Assembly (NCBI GenBank): GCA_965228855.1
Contig: CBDDIJ010000003.1
Location: forward strand, 3,104,001 to 3,168,000
DNA length: 64,000 bases
Direction of reading: 5' to 3'
DNA from: Candidatus Obscuribacterales bacterium
GTDB lineage: Bacteria > Cyanobacteriota > Vampirovibrionia > Obscuribacterales > Obscuribacteraceae
Of the stretch, positions 51,570 through 62,178 are shown piece after piece. A program made the position numbers and the translations under genes. Each line of letters starts with the position of its first letter. The stretch's first letter is position 1. Below the pieces are notes generated by a model. The model searched no databases and had not been told where the DNA came from. It saw only the letters and a list, made by a program, of their open reading frames with translations.

Positions 51570-52448
51570 CTAGATCATCTCTTCTACGAGTTCCTTGAAG
51601 ACGTTTTTGTCAGCGCCGAGTTTGGCTTTGACGAGTGCGCCTTTCTGGAGATTCGGTTCGCCATCTTCGTAGGTCGGCATCTCGGTTTTGTAGAGAACGC
51701 CGAGCGGAATGGTGTCGCCCCACTCGTAGGATTTTTCGATTGATTTGTAGAAATCACTCGGATCCCAACCTTGATCTTCAAGCTTGTAGACACGCTCTTT
51801 GAACCAAGGATAGGTGTTGATTTTGTTGTATGTCACGCAAGGTGAGAACACGTCGATCAACGAGAATCCTTTGTGTGCGATACCGTTTGCGATGGTGTCG
51901 ATCAAGTGAGCTTGCTCACCGGAGAAACCACGCGCTACGTATGTGGCACCAGATGTGATGGCAAGCGCGAGTGGGTTTAGAGGCGACTCGATATTGCCTT
52001 GAGGTGTCGATTTGGTCTTGTGACCTTTGGTCGTCGTCGGTGAGGTTTGACCCGTCGTCAAGCCATAGATCTGGTTATCCATGACGATGTACGTGACGTC
52101 AAGGTTACGACGCATAGCGTGGAGCAAGTGTCCAACGCCGATACCGTATCCGTCTCCGTCACCACCGGTGATGACTGTCTTCATATCGGTGTTTGCGAGG
52201 TGAGCGCCGGTTGCAACCGGAACAGCTCTACCGTGCAAACTATGAATGCCGTATGCGTGGATGAATCCTGGCAGGTTGGACGAGCAACCGATACCGCTTA
52301 CGACAAAAAGGTTTTCCGGCTTGATACCCAAGCGTCCTGCAGCAGTTTGCACTGACTTCAGCACACCAAAGTCGCCGCATCCGGGACACCAGTCGGGATC
52401 GACTGCGCCCTTATACGTTTCAACTGGAAGTTCTATTACTGTTGCCAT
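51570..52448 (-). CDS. korB: 2-oxoacid:ferredoxin oxidoreductase beta subunit
   Basis: WCPGCG, SGIGCS, HGRA, GGDGD (TPP), YGLTTGQ, SPCVTYN. Confidence 0.93.
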   Translation of the reverse strand: MATVIELPVETYKGAVDPDWCPGCGDFGVLKSVQTAAGRLGIKPENLFVVSGIGCSSNLPGFIHAYGIHSLHGRAVPVATGAHLANTDMKTVITGGDGDGYGIGVGHLLHAMRRNLDVTYIVMDNQIYGLTTGQTSPTTTKGHKTKSTPQGNIESPLNPLALAITSGATYVARGFSGEQAHLIDTIANGIAHKGFSLIDVFSPCVTYNKINTYPWFKERVYKLEDQGWDPSDFYKSIEKSYEWGDTIPLGVLYKTEMPTYEDGEPNLQKGALVKAKLGADKNVFKELVEEMI

Positions 52449-52492
52449 TTTCCCTCGTTCCTATATTTATCAGGGGACAAAACTACTGAAAA

Positions 52493-54484
52493 CTACTCGG
52501 CTTTAGTGAACGAGTGCGTCGTTCCAGTCTTCGCGCCGATTACCATGGTGCCGCCAGCTTTGCCGGTGACTCGCTCTGCGATTTCCACGGTCCAGGTCGG
52601 TTCGCCCTTTCCGTTGGCTGCTGCCTGAGTCGCTTTGACTGGACGCAGTTTTTCGAGAGAGTGAGTGCGGAGGTAGTGATAGACCATTTCTTTTGCTTCC
52701 GCTTCGGAAACATCGAGGTCTTTCTGTTTACCTTCGAGAATCTCTTTGACGCTGTCGATGACACCTTGAGGCTCCAGCGGTTCACCGTCATAACGATTGA
52801 CGTGTCCGTCCATCGCGATTCCCGTTTCCATTCTGATGAAGCGAGCCATCACACTGGTGAAGTTAACTTCAACGGAGATTTTCTTCTTCGCTTTGCTCAA
52901 GAGTTCGGTCACTTCTTTCGTGTGGAAAGGAGCGATGTACTTGATGACGATGAAGTTGGTCTTGGTGCCTTGCGCGGTCATGCGCTCAGCAGCTTCCTTG
53001 ACCACACCGGAAGTCGATCCCCAGCAAACCAGGGTGACATCTGCGTCTGCTGGTCCTTCGATGACTGGTGCTTTGAGTTCTTTGAGCATGTTCACCATCT
53101 TGCGTTGGCGTTTCTCCATGATCTTGCGACGGATCGGAGGAGCTGTGAACATGTCGGAGATCAGGATGCTTTCTTCGTCGTGATCGTCTGAAGCATGGGT
53201 GTACAGGGTGTTTGGAGTACCAGGCAAGGCACGAGGAGAGACACCGGATTCGGTGAATTTGAATCTCTTATATTTGCCTTGCGACTCATCCCATTTTTCA
53301 ACGATCTCGCCGCGGTCAATTTTGACTTCAGCGGGGAACGCTTCAGGATCAACGGTTTCAGGGTGCTCGGAGAGGAGCAAGTCTGAAATCATCAATACTG
53401 GGAGTTGATATTTGTCAGCCAGGTTGAATGCTTCGACGGTTGAATCGTAAGCATCAGCGATATCGCGCGGAGCTACGATCAATCTCGGGAATTCACCTTG
53501 CGATGCGCCGTAAACTTGCCAGAGGTCAGCTTGTTCCGTCTTGGTCGGCAGACCGGTCGACGGACCGCCACGCTGAACTTCAACACAGATTACGGGAACT
53601 TCCATGATGCCTGCCATACCGACAGCTTCGGTCATGAGAGCGAAGCCACCACCAGCGGTTCCGCACATGGAACGTACTCCGGCGATGCCGGCTCCGATTG
53701 CCATGTTGATAACGGAGAGTTCGTCTTCGCACTGTTTGACGAGGATGCCGGTTTTGGTTTGGTTAGCAGCCATCCAGTGAAGAATGGTTGACGCCGGTGT
53801 CATCGGATACGCGGAATAGAATTTGCAACCAGCTGCGTAAGCTGCCAGTGCGATTGCTTCGTTACCGGTGACGAACGGACGTCTCTTCTTGGTGAAGTTC
53901 CAGCCGTCAGCAACAACTTTCGCGTTGGCCTTCGCGTACTCATATCCAACGGTGAGAAGTCCGATGTTGAGGTCGATGACTTCTTGACCCTTGTGAGCGA
54001 AGGTGTCGTTCAACACTTTGCTTGGCTCTTCCAAGCCGATTCCGGCGAGGTAAGCGACAGCACCGATCGCAATCGTGTTTTGCATGATTGGTTTAATCGG
54101 ACCGTATTTTTCTTTGAGCTCTGCAGTAATTTCGTTGATAGGCAAAGCGAGAATTTGTACGCCTTCACGAACGAGTGAAGGATCGCATTTGATTCTGTCG
54201 CCGTTGAAAACAATGGCGCCGCCCTGGTGAACTTCACCAGCGTGGCGTTCGATTGAATCTTGGTTTAACGCGACCAAAACATTGAGTTGGTCGCCGTGGC
54301 AGTAAACTTTCTCGTCGCCAACGCGGACTTTGAGCCAAATGTGACCGCCGCGGATGATCGACTGATAGCTGTTGTATGCGTAGACATAGAGACCAAGCCG
54401 ACCGCAGGATCTCGCTAGCGTGTCGCCGGACTTATCAAGTCCATCACCGGCGGCACCAGCTATACCGATTGTGACTTCGTGCAT
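52493..54484 (-). CDS. korA: 2-oxoacid:ferredoxin oxidoreductase alpha subunit (gamma-alpha fusion) with C-terminal extension
   Basis: IRGGH, GNEA, YPMTPAS, EDE, QRGGPSTGLPT, WGST. Confidence 0.93.
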   Translation of the reverse strand: MHEVTIGIAGAAGDGLDKSGDTLARSCGRLGLYVYAYNSYQSIIRGGHIWLKVRVGDEKVYCHGDQLNVLVALNQDSIERHAGEVHQGGAIVFNGDRIKCDPSLVREGVQILALPINEITAELKEKYGPIKPIMQNTIAIGAVAYLAGIGLEEPSKVLNDTFAHKGQEVIDLNIGLLTVGYEYAKANAKVVADGWNFTKKRRPFVTGNEAIALAAYAAGCKFYSAYPMTPASTILHWMAANQTKTGILVKQCEDELSVINMAIGAGIAGVRSMCGTAGGGFALMTEAVGMAGIMEVPVICVEVQRGGPSTGLPTKTEQADLWQVYGASQGEFPRLIVAPRDIADAYDSTVEAFNLADKYQLPVLMISDLLLSEHPETVDPEAFPAEVKIDRGEIVEKWDESQGKYKRFKFTESGVSPRALPGTPNTLYTHASDDHDEESILISDMFTAPPIRRKIMEKRQRKMVNMLKELKAPVIEGPADADVTLVCWGSTSGVVKEAAERMTAQGTKTNFIVIKYIAPFHTKEVTELLSKAKKKISVEVNFTSVMARFIRMETGIAMDGHVNRYDGEPLEPQGVIDSVKEILEGKQKDLDVSEAEAKEMVYHYLRTHSLEKLRPVKATQAAANGKGEPTWTVEIAERVTGKAGGTMVIGAKTGTTHSFTKAE

Positions 54485-54826
54485 TAACGGAATTCTCCCT
54501 GTACTGAACCCTTTTTTCTGACCAGCCTGTTTGTAACGGCTGGACCGAGCGCCGATGGGCGCTTTGACCCGCGGCTACTCGCTCCCATACTCGCGGGAGC
54601 TCGCCTGGCTTAAACGATAACACAATCAACTAATCAGATGGCAAGCGAATGTTAATCAGGAAGCCATTTTGAGCAACAAAAGTTAGGCGCAAAACCGTCT
54701 CCGCCTCACTGAAAAGCAGATAGAAAGGACATCCAGGCAATCATCGTTTCGCCAAGTTGAGGCCGAAACAAAGAAACTACCTATAAGTAATATTGCGATT
54801 ATCTCGGACCGCCCCAGCTGTTTAAT

Positions 54827-55501
54827 TTAGTGCGAGGATGCTGGCGGAGTGCCTTCCGGATGAGCTTCTGCCGGATTCGAAGGAACAGCCGACGGGTTCT
54901 CCGCCGGAATGCTTGCCGGAGCGCCATCGCCTTTGCCCGGAGTGCCGGCGGTGTCAGGCGTCGTGGGTGTGCCTGCTGGAGCGCCTGCAGCTGGAGCTGT
55001 CACGGGAGCGACTTCGTGACCAGGAGCGGCGCCTTCCGGAGTCCCCTCATGACCGGGAGCGCCAGCTGGAGCGGTTTCGTGCGCAGCAGGAGCGCCATGC
55101 CCCTCCTGGCCCTCATGACCGGCTGGAGTTCCATGCGCACCTTCGGCGGCTTCGTGGTGCCCGTCCCATTTTACGTTCATATACCAATCAATCGTCGTCC
55201 CTGAAAGGAAGACAAAAGCGATAGTCAAAACAAGCATTAAGACCTTGTCTTCGAGGCTTTTCTCCGGCACAACTTCAGTGTGGAACGGAGGTCCCTCGTG
55301 ATGGTGAAGGTCGGCATGGTCCCCATGAGCATGATCGGCGTGTTCATGATCGCCATGAGCGTGATCATGACCTGCTTGGTCGTGGTCGGTGGAATGTGAA
55401 TCGCTTGCCATTTCTTTCAAACCTTGCTTGTTCGTTGAAACTAAACTCTGGTGTCGCTCGACGTTTGAGGTGCTATCGCTCGACTTCACTGAAGCTGTCA
55501 T
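54827..55501 (-). CDS. His-rich single-TM protein with Pro/Ala/Gly-rich tail
   Basis: HDHAHGDHEH repeats and one TM; alternative start at 55411. Confidence 0.7.
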   Translation of the reverse strand: MTASVKSSDSTSNVERHQSLVSTNKQGLKEMASDSHSTDHDQAGHDHAHGDHEHADHAHGDHADLHHHEGPPFHTEVVPEKSLEDKVLMLVLTIAFVFLSGTTIDWYMNVKWDGHHEAAEGAHGTPAGHEGQEGHGAPAAHETAPAGAPGHEGTPEGAAPGHEVAPVTAPAAGAPAGTPTTPDTAGTPGKGDGAPASIPAENPSAVPSNPAEAHPEGTPPASSH

Positions 55502-55543
55502 GAGCAGTTGCTTTCCAACGACCCACGATCGCTTGAATTCGGT

Positions 55544-57577
55544 TTACGCTAACGGATATGCCAGATAAACAATCCACGTCAACAGCGCCACCCAGGCGAA
55601 GATAACGAGAGCGTAGTACTGACCTTTACCTGTCTGTGTGTACTTGAGCACTTCGCCGAAGGCACTGGTGATCAAACTCATACCGTTGACGATGTTATCG
55701 ATAATTCCATCGACGAGCTTCCACGATTTATCGAAGAGTGGCAGCACGCCTTTGTTGACGAAAGCCATATAGATGTCATCGAAGTACCATTTGTTGTAAG
55801 AAATTTTCCACAATGGATTCTGGCTCTCGACCAACTTCGTGTTGAAATCAAAGGTCTTGGTTACGTATGTGAGATAACTGACTGCGATACCGCCGAGCGC
55901 AATGATAGTAGAGATGCCCATCACCATGCTGTCGACTTTCTCAACGTGCGGGTGCTGGAAGTGCACGAATGATGCCCACGGATTGACGCCGCCGGCGCCG
56001 AAGAAAGCTTCCTGGTTGAAACCGAGCAAGCCACCGGCAAACATAGAAGGCACCGCCAGGAATACCAGTGGCAACCACATGACTGGAGTGACTTCGTGCG
56101 CCTTATGGTCACCTCTGTAGGTCCCCGTGAACACGAGGAAATACAGGCGGAACATATAGAACGCGGTCAAGCCCGCCGTGATGATCAACGCCCAGCCGAT
56201 ACCCGGGTTGTAATGCATCGCGGCAGCAACAATCTCATCTTTGGAGAACCAGGCAGACAGCGGAGGAACACCGGAGATAGCCAGGGTACCAATCAAGAAT
56301 GTCGCGCCGGTCCAGGGCATCACTTTGCTCAGTCCGCCCATTTTGCGAATGTCTTGTTCGTGGTGGCAACCGAGGATCACCGCACCAGAACCGAGGAACA
56401 ACATCGCTTTGAAAAATGCGTGAGTGAACAGGTGGAAGAGTCCAGCCGAGAATGCGCCAACTCCGAGAGCCGCCATCATGTAGCCAAGCTGCGAGCAGGT
56501 CGACCAGGCGAGTACGCGTTTGATGTCGTTCTGGCTAAGTGCGATCGTCGCCGCCATAACCGCTGTGATGGTTCCAATAGTCGCCACCACCGCAAGCGCG
56601 ATACTATCCGTGCCACCATCCGGAGCGAGGAAGACTGGATATGCGCGAGCTACAAGATAGATACCTGCAGCAACCATTGTTGCCGCGTGGATGAGTGCCG
56701 AAATTGGCGTGGGGCCTTCCATTGCGTCAGGTAGCCAGACATGCAAGGGGAATTGCGCGGACTTCGCCATCGGTCCACCAAATATAAGGATGGCCATGAG
56801 TGGCATCGAACTTGCAGCAAGTGCAAGTTCAGGTCTGAGGGTTCCAGCCTGCAGTGCATGCTGAAGAGCGCCGGCCAGGTCGGTTCCACTGGTTCCCGGT
56901 TGCGCGACGAATGCCATACAGGTGCCGCCCGACCAGAAATCCTTGGTAGCGAGCAACAACATTAAGATACCGACGAGGAACGCGAAGTCACCAACACGGT
57001 TGACGACGAATGCCTTCATGCACGCAGCAGCAGCAGAGTTTTTATACCACCAGTAGCCGATGAGAAGGTAACTGCAAACGCCCACCAATTCCCAGAATCC
57101 GTACATCTGGAACATATTGGTTGAAACTACCAGACCCAACATCGAGCCTGTGAATAAAGATAGGTAGGAGTAGAACCTGGCATAGCCGGGGTCTTCGCGC
57201 ATGTAGCCGTGTGTGTAAACCTGAACGAACAAACTGACGGTCGTGACAACAATGAGCATCATGCACGCAAGGTTGTCGACGAGAAAACCGACCGAGAGCT
57301 TGAAGTTCTGACAGGTGAACCAGTCCCAGTTCTGCTGATATGCCAGCGCCGGATTAATTCGCAGGGCCTCGAATATGACGATTGAGTGGAAGAATCCCCA
57401 GGTCACCGCTCCTATGGAGGTGAGCATGGCGAGCGTTTTGAAAACACGCTTGTCGCCTATGTGAATCCCGCCGACCAGGAAGCTGCCTATGATGAGAAAT
57501 CCCGCCAGAAACGGTAACGCCACGATCAGCCAGGCGCTATCAACTGCCGCGGTCAGAAACTCTGGACTAAAGTTCAC
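55544..57577 (-). CDS. nuoL: NADH/ferredoxin-quinone oxidoreductase subunit L (NdhF-like)
   Basis: KSAQFPLHVWLPDAMEGPTPISALIHAATMV, HAFFKA; C-terminal GKGQYYALVIF. Confidence 0.96.
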   Translation of the reverse strand: MNFSPEFLTAAVDSAWLIVALPFLAGFLIIGSFLVGGIHIGDKRVFKTLAMLTSIGAVTWGFFHSIVIFEALRINPALAYQQNWDWFTCQNFKLSVGFLVDNLACMMLIVVTTVSLFVQVYTHGYMREDPGYARFYSYLSLFTGSMLGLVVSTNMFQMYGFWELVGVCSYLLIGYWWYKNSAAAACMKAFVVNRVGDFAFLVGILMLLLATKDFWSGGTCMAFVAQPGTSGTDLAGALQHALQAGTLRPELALAASSMPLMAILIFGGPMAKSAQFPLHVWLPDAMEGPTPISALIHAATMVAAGIYLVARAYPVFLAPDGGTDSIALAVVATIGTITAVMAATIALSQNDIKRVLAWSTCSQLGYMMAALGVGAFSAGLFHLFTHAFFKAMLFLGSGAVILGCHHEQDIRKMGGLSKVMPWTGATFLIGTLAISGVPPLSAWFSKDEIVAAAMHYNPGIGWALIITAGLTAFYMFRLYFLVFTGTYRGDHKAHEVTPVMWLPLVFLAVPSMFAGGLLGFNQEAFFGAGGVNPWASFVHFQHPHVEKVDSMVMGISTIIALGGIAVSYLTYVTKTFDFNTKLVESQNPLWKISYNKWYFDDIYMAFVNKGVLPLFDKSWKLVDGIIDNIVNGMSLITSAFGEVLKYTQTGKGQYYALVIFAWVALLTWIVYLAYPLA

Positions 57578-57959
57578 TTAGATCGTCTCCAATTACTAAA
57601 TCGGGCACTCTTTTCAACGTCAACATGGACGTTCGAAACCCGGTGCTAATGATACATTGCGCACGGTGAACCATGTAGCTTTGATAAACCAGCGTTTAGA
57701 TCTTAGTAGTTGTAATGGTTTAGGTTGAAAAACAATTTTGATCTCATGGCATCACACTCAAAGTTAAACGCGCACCGAAAACTCTGCTCATTGCAATCCC
57801 GGTAATCAAGAAGAATATAGCTCTAGTGAAAAGATTTTTCATTTCAATAATTCTTCAAAGTGCCTCTTCCAATGTCAAAATCGCTGGATAGACGGAGGCT
57901 GTGGTGGCTATACTGTGGCCGCACGATTCTAATGGTTTCAATTTGATCGAGGGGACGTT

Positions 57960-59531
57960 GTGGACAACGCACTGCTATTAAAAGTCCTGTTATTCCTACC
58001 GCTGCTCGCAGCCGGTATCATCGCGGTCAACCCGTCGAAGGAAGACAAAGACGCACGAGGATTAGCCCTGTTTTTCAGCTGGGTAATGCTCGCACTTTCG
58101 CTAGTCATAGGACTGCAGTTCGACCGCACGCAAGCGGGACTGCAATTCGCTAGTTCGCACCCCTGGGTCACGCATCCGTTCCCCGTTGCATTCCACATAG
58201 GTGTCGATGGTTTCAGCATGGCGCTCGTTATGCTGACAGCGTTCGTGACTCTCATGTCGGTATACGCAAGTTACGCGATTCAGCAAAGGGTCAAGCTTTA
58301 CTACGCCAACGTGATGCTCCTCACGTTCTCCATTCTCGGCGTCTTCATGTCGCAAGACTTGCTTCAGTTTTTCGTCATGTACGAATTCGAACTTGTACCG
58401 ATGTACTTCTTGATCGCAATCTGGGGTGGACCGCGCCGCGGTTACGCGGCAATGAAGTTCTTGCTGTACACCTTCTTCGGCGGCGTGCTCATGTTCGCAG
58501 CCTTGCTCTATACATATACTCAGTTGATCGCGATGGATCCCGCGACCGCAACCTTCAATATGACGATGCTTTCGTCGTCGACAAATTCGTTGCCGGTCAA
58601 TGCGCAAGTAGTCGCATGTCTCGGTTTCTTCCTCGCATTCATCATCAAACTTCCGTCAGTTCCATTCCACACATGGTTGCCCGATGCTCACGTCGAGGCT
58701 CCAACACCCATCTCCATGATGCTAGCCGGATTGCTTCTCAAGATGGGCTCTTACGGTTTGGTCAGAATTTGCATGGGTTTCTTCCCCGCATTCTTTGCCG
58801 AGTACGCACCGTGGGTGGTTGCACTGGGTGCCATCAATATTATCTGGGGAGCAATTGCTTGCCTCGTGCAAAAGGACATGAAGCGCGTTATCGCGTTCTC
58901 CAGTATTTCGCACATGGGCTTCATTTTGCTTGGCATCGGCTCGCTATCTAACGCGGCGGTGAACGGCGCTATCTTCCAGATGATCTCCCACGGATTCATC
59001 TCGGCAATGCTCTTCTTCCTGGTCGGAACCGTCTACGAGCGCTGCCACACAAGACTACTACCGGAGATTGGCGGCGGTCTGGCTTATCAGATGCCGGTTC
59101 TCTTCTACTTCTGGATGTTTGCCACCATGGCGAACCTCGGCTTGCCGGCGCTCTCCGGATTCGTCGGTGAAGTCACGGTCTTTTATGGTGCGTACACTTC
59201 ACCACTGGCACAATCCTCGCTGCACGGCGCCTGGACGCAGGGCTGGATCGTTCTATCCGCTCTGGCAGTAGTGCTGACAGCCGGCTATATGTTGTGGCTC
59301 CTGAAGCGCCTCTTCTACGGTCCGGAACAGCCGAAATGGAAGGGTCATCTTTATGACGCCACCATGACTGAACGTTTCGTCGCTACCTCTCTTGCAGTGG
59401 TAACCCTCGTATTCGGATGCGTTCCGTTTTACTTAAACGATATGTACAGTCACGTCGGCGATCGCATCACCACTGAGTGCTTGAACAGAATTCAGATAAG
59501 CGACAACGCCAAGGCGAGCCCGAATCTGTAA
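57960..59531 (+). CDS. nuoM: NADH/ferredoxin-quinone oxidoreductase subunit M (NdhD-like)
   Basis: GVDG, ELVPMY, PFHTWLPDAHVEAP, LLKMGSYG, SSISHMG, GFVGE. Confidence 0.96.
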   Translation: MDNALLLKVLLFLPLLAAGIIAVNPSKEDKDARGLALFFSWVMLALSLVIGLQFDRTQAGLQFASSHPWVTHPFPVAFHIGVDGFSMALVMLTAFVTLMSVYASYAIQQRVKLYYANVMLLTFSILGVFMSQDLLQFFVMYEFELVPMYFLIAIWGGPRRGYAAMKFLLYTFFGGVLMFAALLYTYTQLIAMDPATATFNMTMLSSSTNSLPVNAQVVACLGFFLAFIIKLPSVPFHTWLPDAHVEAPTPISMMLAGLLLKMGSYGLVRICMGFFPAFFAEYAPWVVALGAINIIWGAIACLVQKDMKRVIAFSSISHMGFILLGIGSLSNAAVNGAIFQMISHGFISAMLFFLVGTVYERCHTRLLPEIGGGLAYQMPVLFYFWMFATMANLGLPALSGFVGEVTVFYGAYTSPLAQSSLHGAWTQGWIVLSALAVVLTAGYMLWLLKRLFYGPEQPKWKGHLYDATMTERFVATSLAVVTLVFGCVPFYLNDMYSHVGDRITTECLNRIQISDNAKASPNL

Positions 59532-59637
59532 GATTCACCCGCCGCGATAAAAGCAATCGAACCAGTCTCGAAACGAAGCGACGTAAATCGCCATTTCGCT
59601 CTAGTATCGAAACGGTTTCTGCTCAGAAGAAAAACAA

Positions 59638-62145
59638 TTATCGAGCCGCGACGTCCACAAAGAATGTTCGCGGCTCGCTTGTATATCCGGCTGCTTCACC
59701 GCGCTCGTTACGCGCCAGAATAACGACTTGATGCTTCCCGGGAGTCAGCGCCTCCCCGGGCAATTCGAACGTGCCCCTGGTGGAGTCGATGTTGGTTTTA
59801 AACAAAACAATTCGATCGTCCGGCAAGACTTTCGTCGGCAAATCTGGGGCGGCGATATCTGTTTTAAGCACCAGGAGTGAAACCGTTTTCGCTGTCTCTA
59901 TGTTTGATGCGTCGAAGGAAACGCTGACGCCGTCGCCTTCCTCAACCAATGGCAAGATGGTATCGGCGAGTGAGGCAAGTTTTGAAAAGGTCGGCTCAGT
60001 CGCAGTGTGAACTTGTAAATTCAGGACCGGCATCACCGACGGTGCCGGTATGCTGCGGACAGATTTTAAAACGGCGGGTTTGTAATCGCCCGGATACAAC
60101 TCGATTCCCAGGTCAATAATGGCACCGTTAAGCCCCCAGCTCCGATATCTGCCGGGCAAGAAAAGAAGCTTCTGAGAGCCGTCTTTAGCGGCTTCCGCAA
60201 ACGGTCCCTCGCTGTAGTCTATCCAGCTCTTCGGCTGTTTCTCTGAGCGCCAAACAAGGCGAGTACAGCGCGCCAGATTTTCAGTGATTGATGGGGCCTC
60301 GAATTCAACTTCAACGCATCCGATAGCAAGTGGATCTAAGTTCGCATTTTTTCCTACCCACTCGCACTTCGGTGCTTTAGGACTTTCAACAGGCAACGTC
60401 AAGTTTAAGGCTAGCGACTTCGCTCCAACAGGCGGCTTCCAATCAGTGAATGCTCTGGCGTCTCGCGACCAGACAAACCAGTTTGCCGCTCGCTTGTCAC
60501 CATATATGGAGGCAAGCACACCCGGATAAAAATATTCGGAGGGTCCGGGAATCGGCCGCGCCAATGTAACCATACGGTCGGCATAATCAGCATCTGCTAC
60601 AGGTTTAGTAAACATCAAACGAAGATATTCCGGTCTACCAATCATTCCGGAACCGGAGAAGTCTTGTGGAATATCAATAAGCACAATAGAGTCAGATCCG
60701 GATAGCGAGCGTGTCGCGTTCTTCAACTGTAGGTCCATACCTCGCATCTGTCGCCCGGCTTCGCGCCACGCGTACAAATTATGCTGCAGCCCTAGATACC
60801 AACAACAAGCTAGGGTTGCCAGCCCAGCAATGGACGCCGCTTGCAGCGAAAACGTCAGCGGTTTGAAAATCGGGAATGAACCGATGCGCCCAATCGATTT
60901 AAACGAAGGCACCAGAGTCACGGCAAGGAGAATACACATCGCCGCGGAACCCAAGAAGAATAAACGGCTACCTACCAGGTTGGGAAAGATGTGCCATATC
61001 TGAAACGTTGGAATGACTGAAAGAGCAAGCCAGGCAAGCAAGAATGCAAAGATTCGCAGCCTGGAGAGCGGCTGCAAAAGTCGCGTTAATAGAGCAATGC
61101 CGCAGACAAACCAGGCGCTCATAGCAGTCTTGACGAGCTGCGGAGCAATGGCTTGTTCCTCATTGTAGCCGAACAGAATTTTCTGAAACGTCGCGGCGTC
61201 ACGGAAGTTTTTAAACGACCGGAGATAGCCTTTGATACCATCAGTGCCGTATCCGCCGACCACAGTTCCCAGCAACATTGTGCGAAAGATGCCGAAGGCT
61301 GCCAGGATAAGGAAGAAGGAACCAACGCTAATCAAACGGCCACGAATGCTCTTTTTCTGCCATCCAAGTGGTCCTGCAAGTAGGATTTCCGCGCAGGCAA
61401 TCACCGCTGGTAGTGTCACTGCCATTTCCTTGCAAACCAGAGCAATCATGAACGAAGCCAGAGATATAAAGTAAGCCAGGCGACTACCAGACTTGCGACT
61501 GTGCAGATAAAGACAGACAGAGGTCATGTAAAAGATTGTGCAGAGTACATCCACTCGACCTATGATCCACGCCACAGACTCAGCATGAATCGGATAGAGC
61601 GCAAACAGCACACCAGCAGCGAGCGCGGTGATGTAACGGACCTTTCGACTGTTCTGCTCCGCGGGCTCCGCCGTTAGTTGAAACGCGATCACGCTACAAA
61701 GAAATGCGGTCAAGGTGTACGAGATCAGGTTGGAGATGTGATAGCCTGCCGCATTCAAACCAGTAAACATGTAATCGATGACAAACGACATCGATGTACC
61801 TGGTCGGTAGCTCGTCAAGCCGTCTGTTTGCCCGCTCCAATTGCCGGTGAAGGTTTTGAGAATTCCCGAGTAGTCGCCGTTCCAAGCCCCATATGCGGGT
61901 CCAAGATGCTTGTAATCATCAAGCAAAAAACCGGCGTCGATGATGCTGTGGAACGCACCGAATACGATACCACCAAGAATTACTATCCCCGCGACCATCG
62001 CTAGGAGAACGCTCTTGTCAGAGACAGCAGCTTGCGATATTGCGCCAACATCGTCAGCACCGTGAGGGGCTGGCGTGTTCAACAAAGAGGGATTGTCGTT
62101 GGACGGCATGATTTCGCGCGATGTAAAGCGCCGCAATTGTAGCAT
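59638..62145 (-). CDS. Polytopic GT-C-like (TMTC/PMT-like) membrane glycosyltransferase with soluble C-terminal domain
   Basis: FLLDD, YRP, YH..N, HAESVAWI.GR, KE motifs; start uncertain. Confidence 0.75.
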   Translation of the reverse strand: MLQLRRFTSREIMPSNDNPSLLNTPAPHGADDVGAISQAAVSDKSVLLAMVAGIVILGGIVFGAFHSIIDAGFLLDDYKHLGPAYGAWNGDYSGILKTFTGNWSGQTDGLTSYRPGTSMSFVIDYMFTGLNAAGYHISNLISYTLTAFLCSVIAFQLTAEPAEQNSRKVRYITALAAGVLFALYPIHAESVAWIIGRVDVLCTIFYMTSVCLYLHSRKSGSRLAYFISLASFMIALVCKEMAVTLPAVIACAEILLAGPLGWQKKSIRGRLISVGSFFLILAAFGIFRTMLLGTVVGGYGTDGIKGYLRSFKNFRDAATFQKILFGYNEEQAIAPQLVKTAMSAWFVCGIALLTRLLQPLSRLRIFAFLLAWLALSVIPTFQIWHIFPNLVGSRLFFLGSAAMCILLAVTLVPSFKSIGRIGSFPIFKPLTFSLQAASIAGLATLACCWYLGLQHNLYAWREAGRQMRGMDLQLKNATRSLSGSDSIVLIDIPQDFSGSGMIGRPEYLRLMFTKPVADADYADRMVTLARPIPGPSEYFYPGVLASIYGDKRAANWFVWSRDARAFTDWKPPVGAKSLALNLTLPVESPKAPKCEWVGKNANLDPLAIGCVEVEFEAPSITENLARCTRLVWRSEKQPKSWIDYSEGPFAEAAKDGSQKLLFLPGRYRSWGLNGAIIDLGIELYPGDYKPAVLKSVRSIPAPSVMPVLNLQVHTATEPTFSKLASLADTILPLVEEGDGVSVSFDASNIETAKTVSLLVLKTDIAAPDLPTKVLPDDRIVLFKTNIDSTRGTFELPGEALTPGKHQVVILARNERGEAAGYTSEPRTFFVDVAAR

Positions 62146-62178
62146 CGCAGCCTGGTTGAGACCCTAAACAGGGTTCAT

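Noticed and set aside
52514..53191. Long antisense ORFs over korA (similar ones lie over ahpC, tal and ndhF)
   Set aside because: Typical antisense shadows of codon-biased genes.
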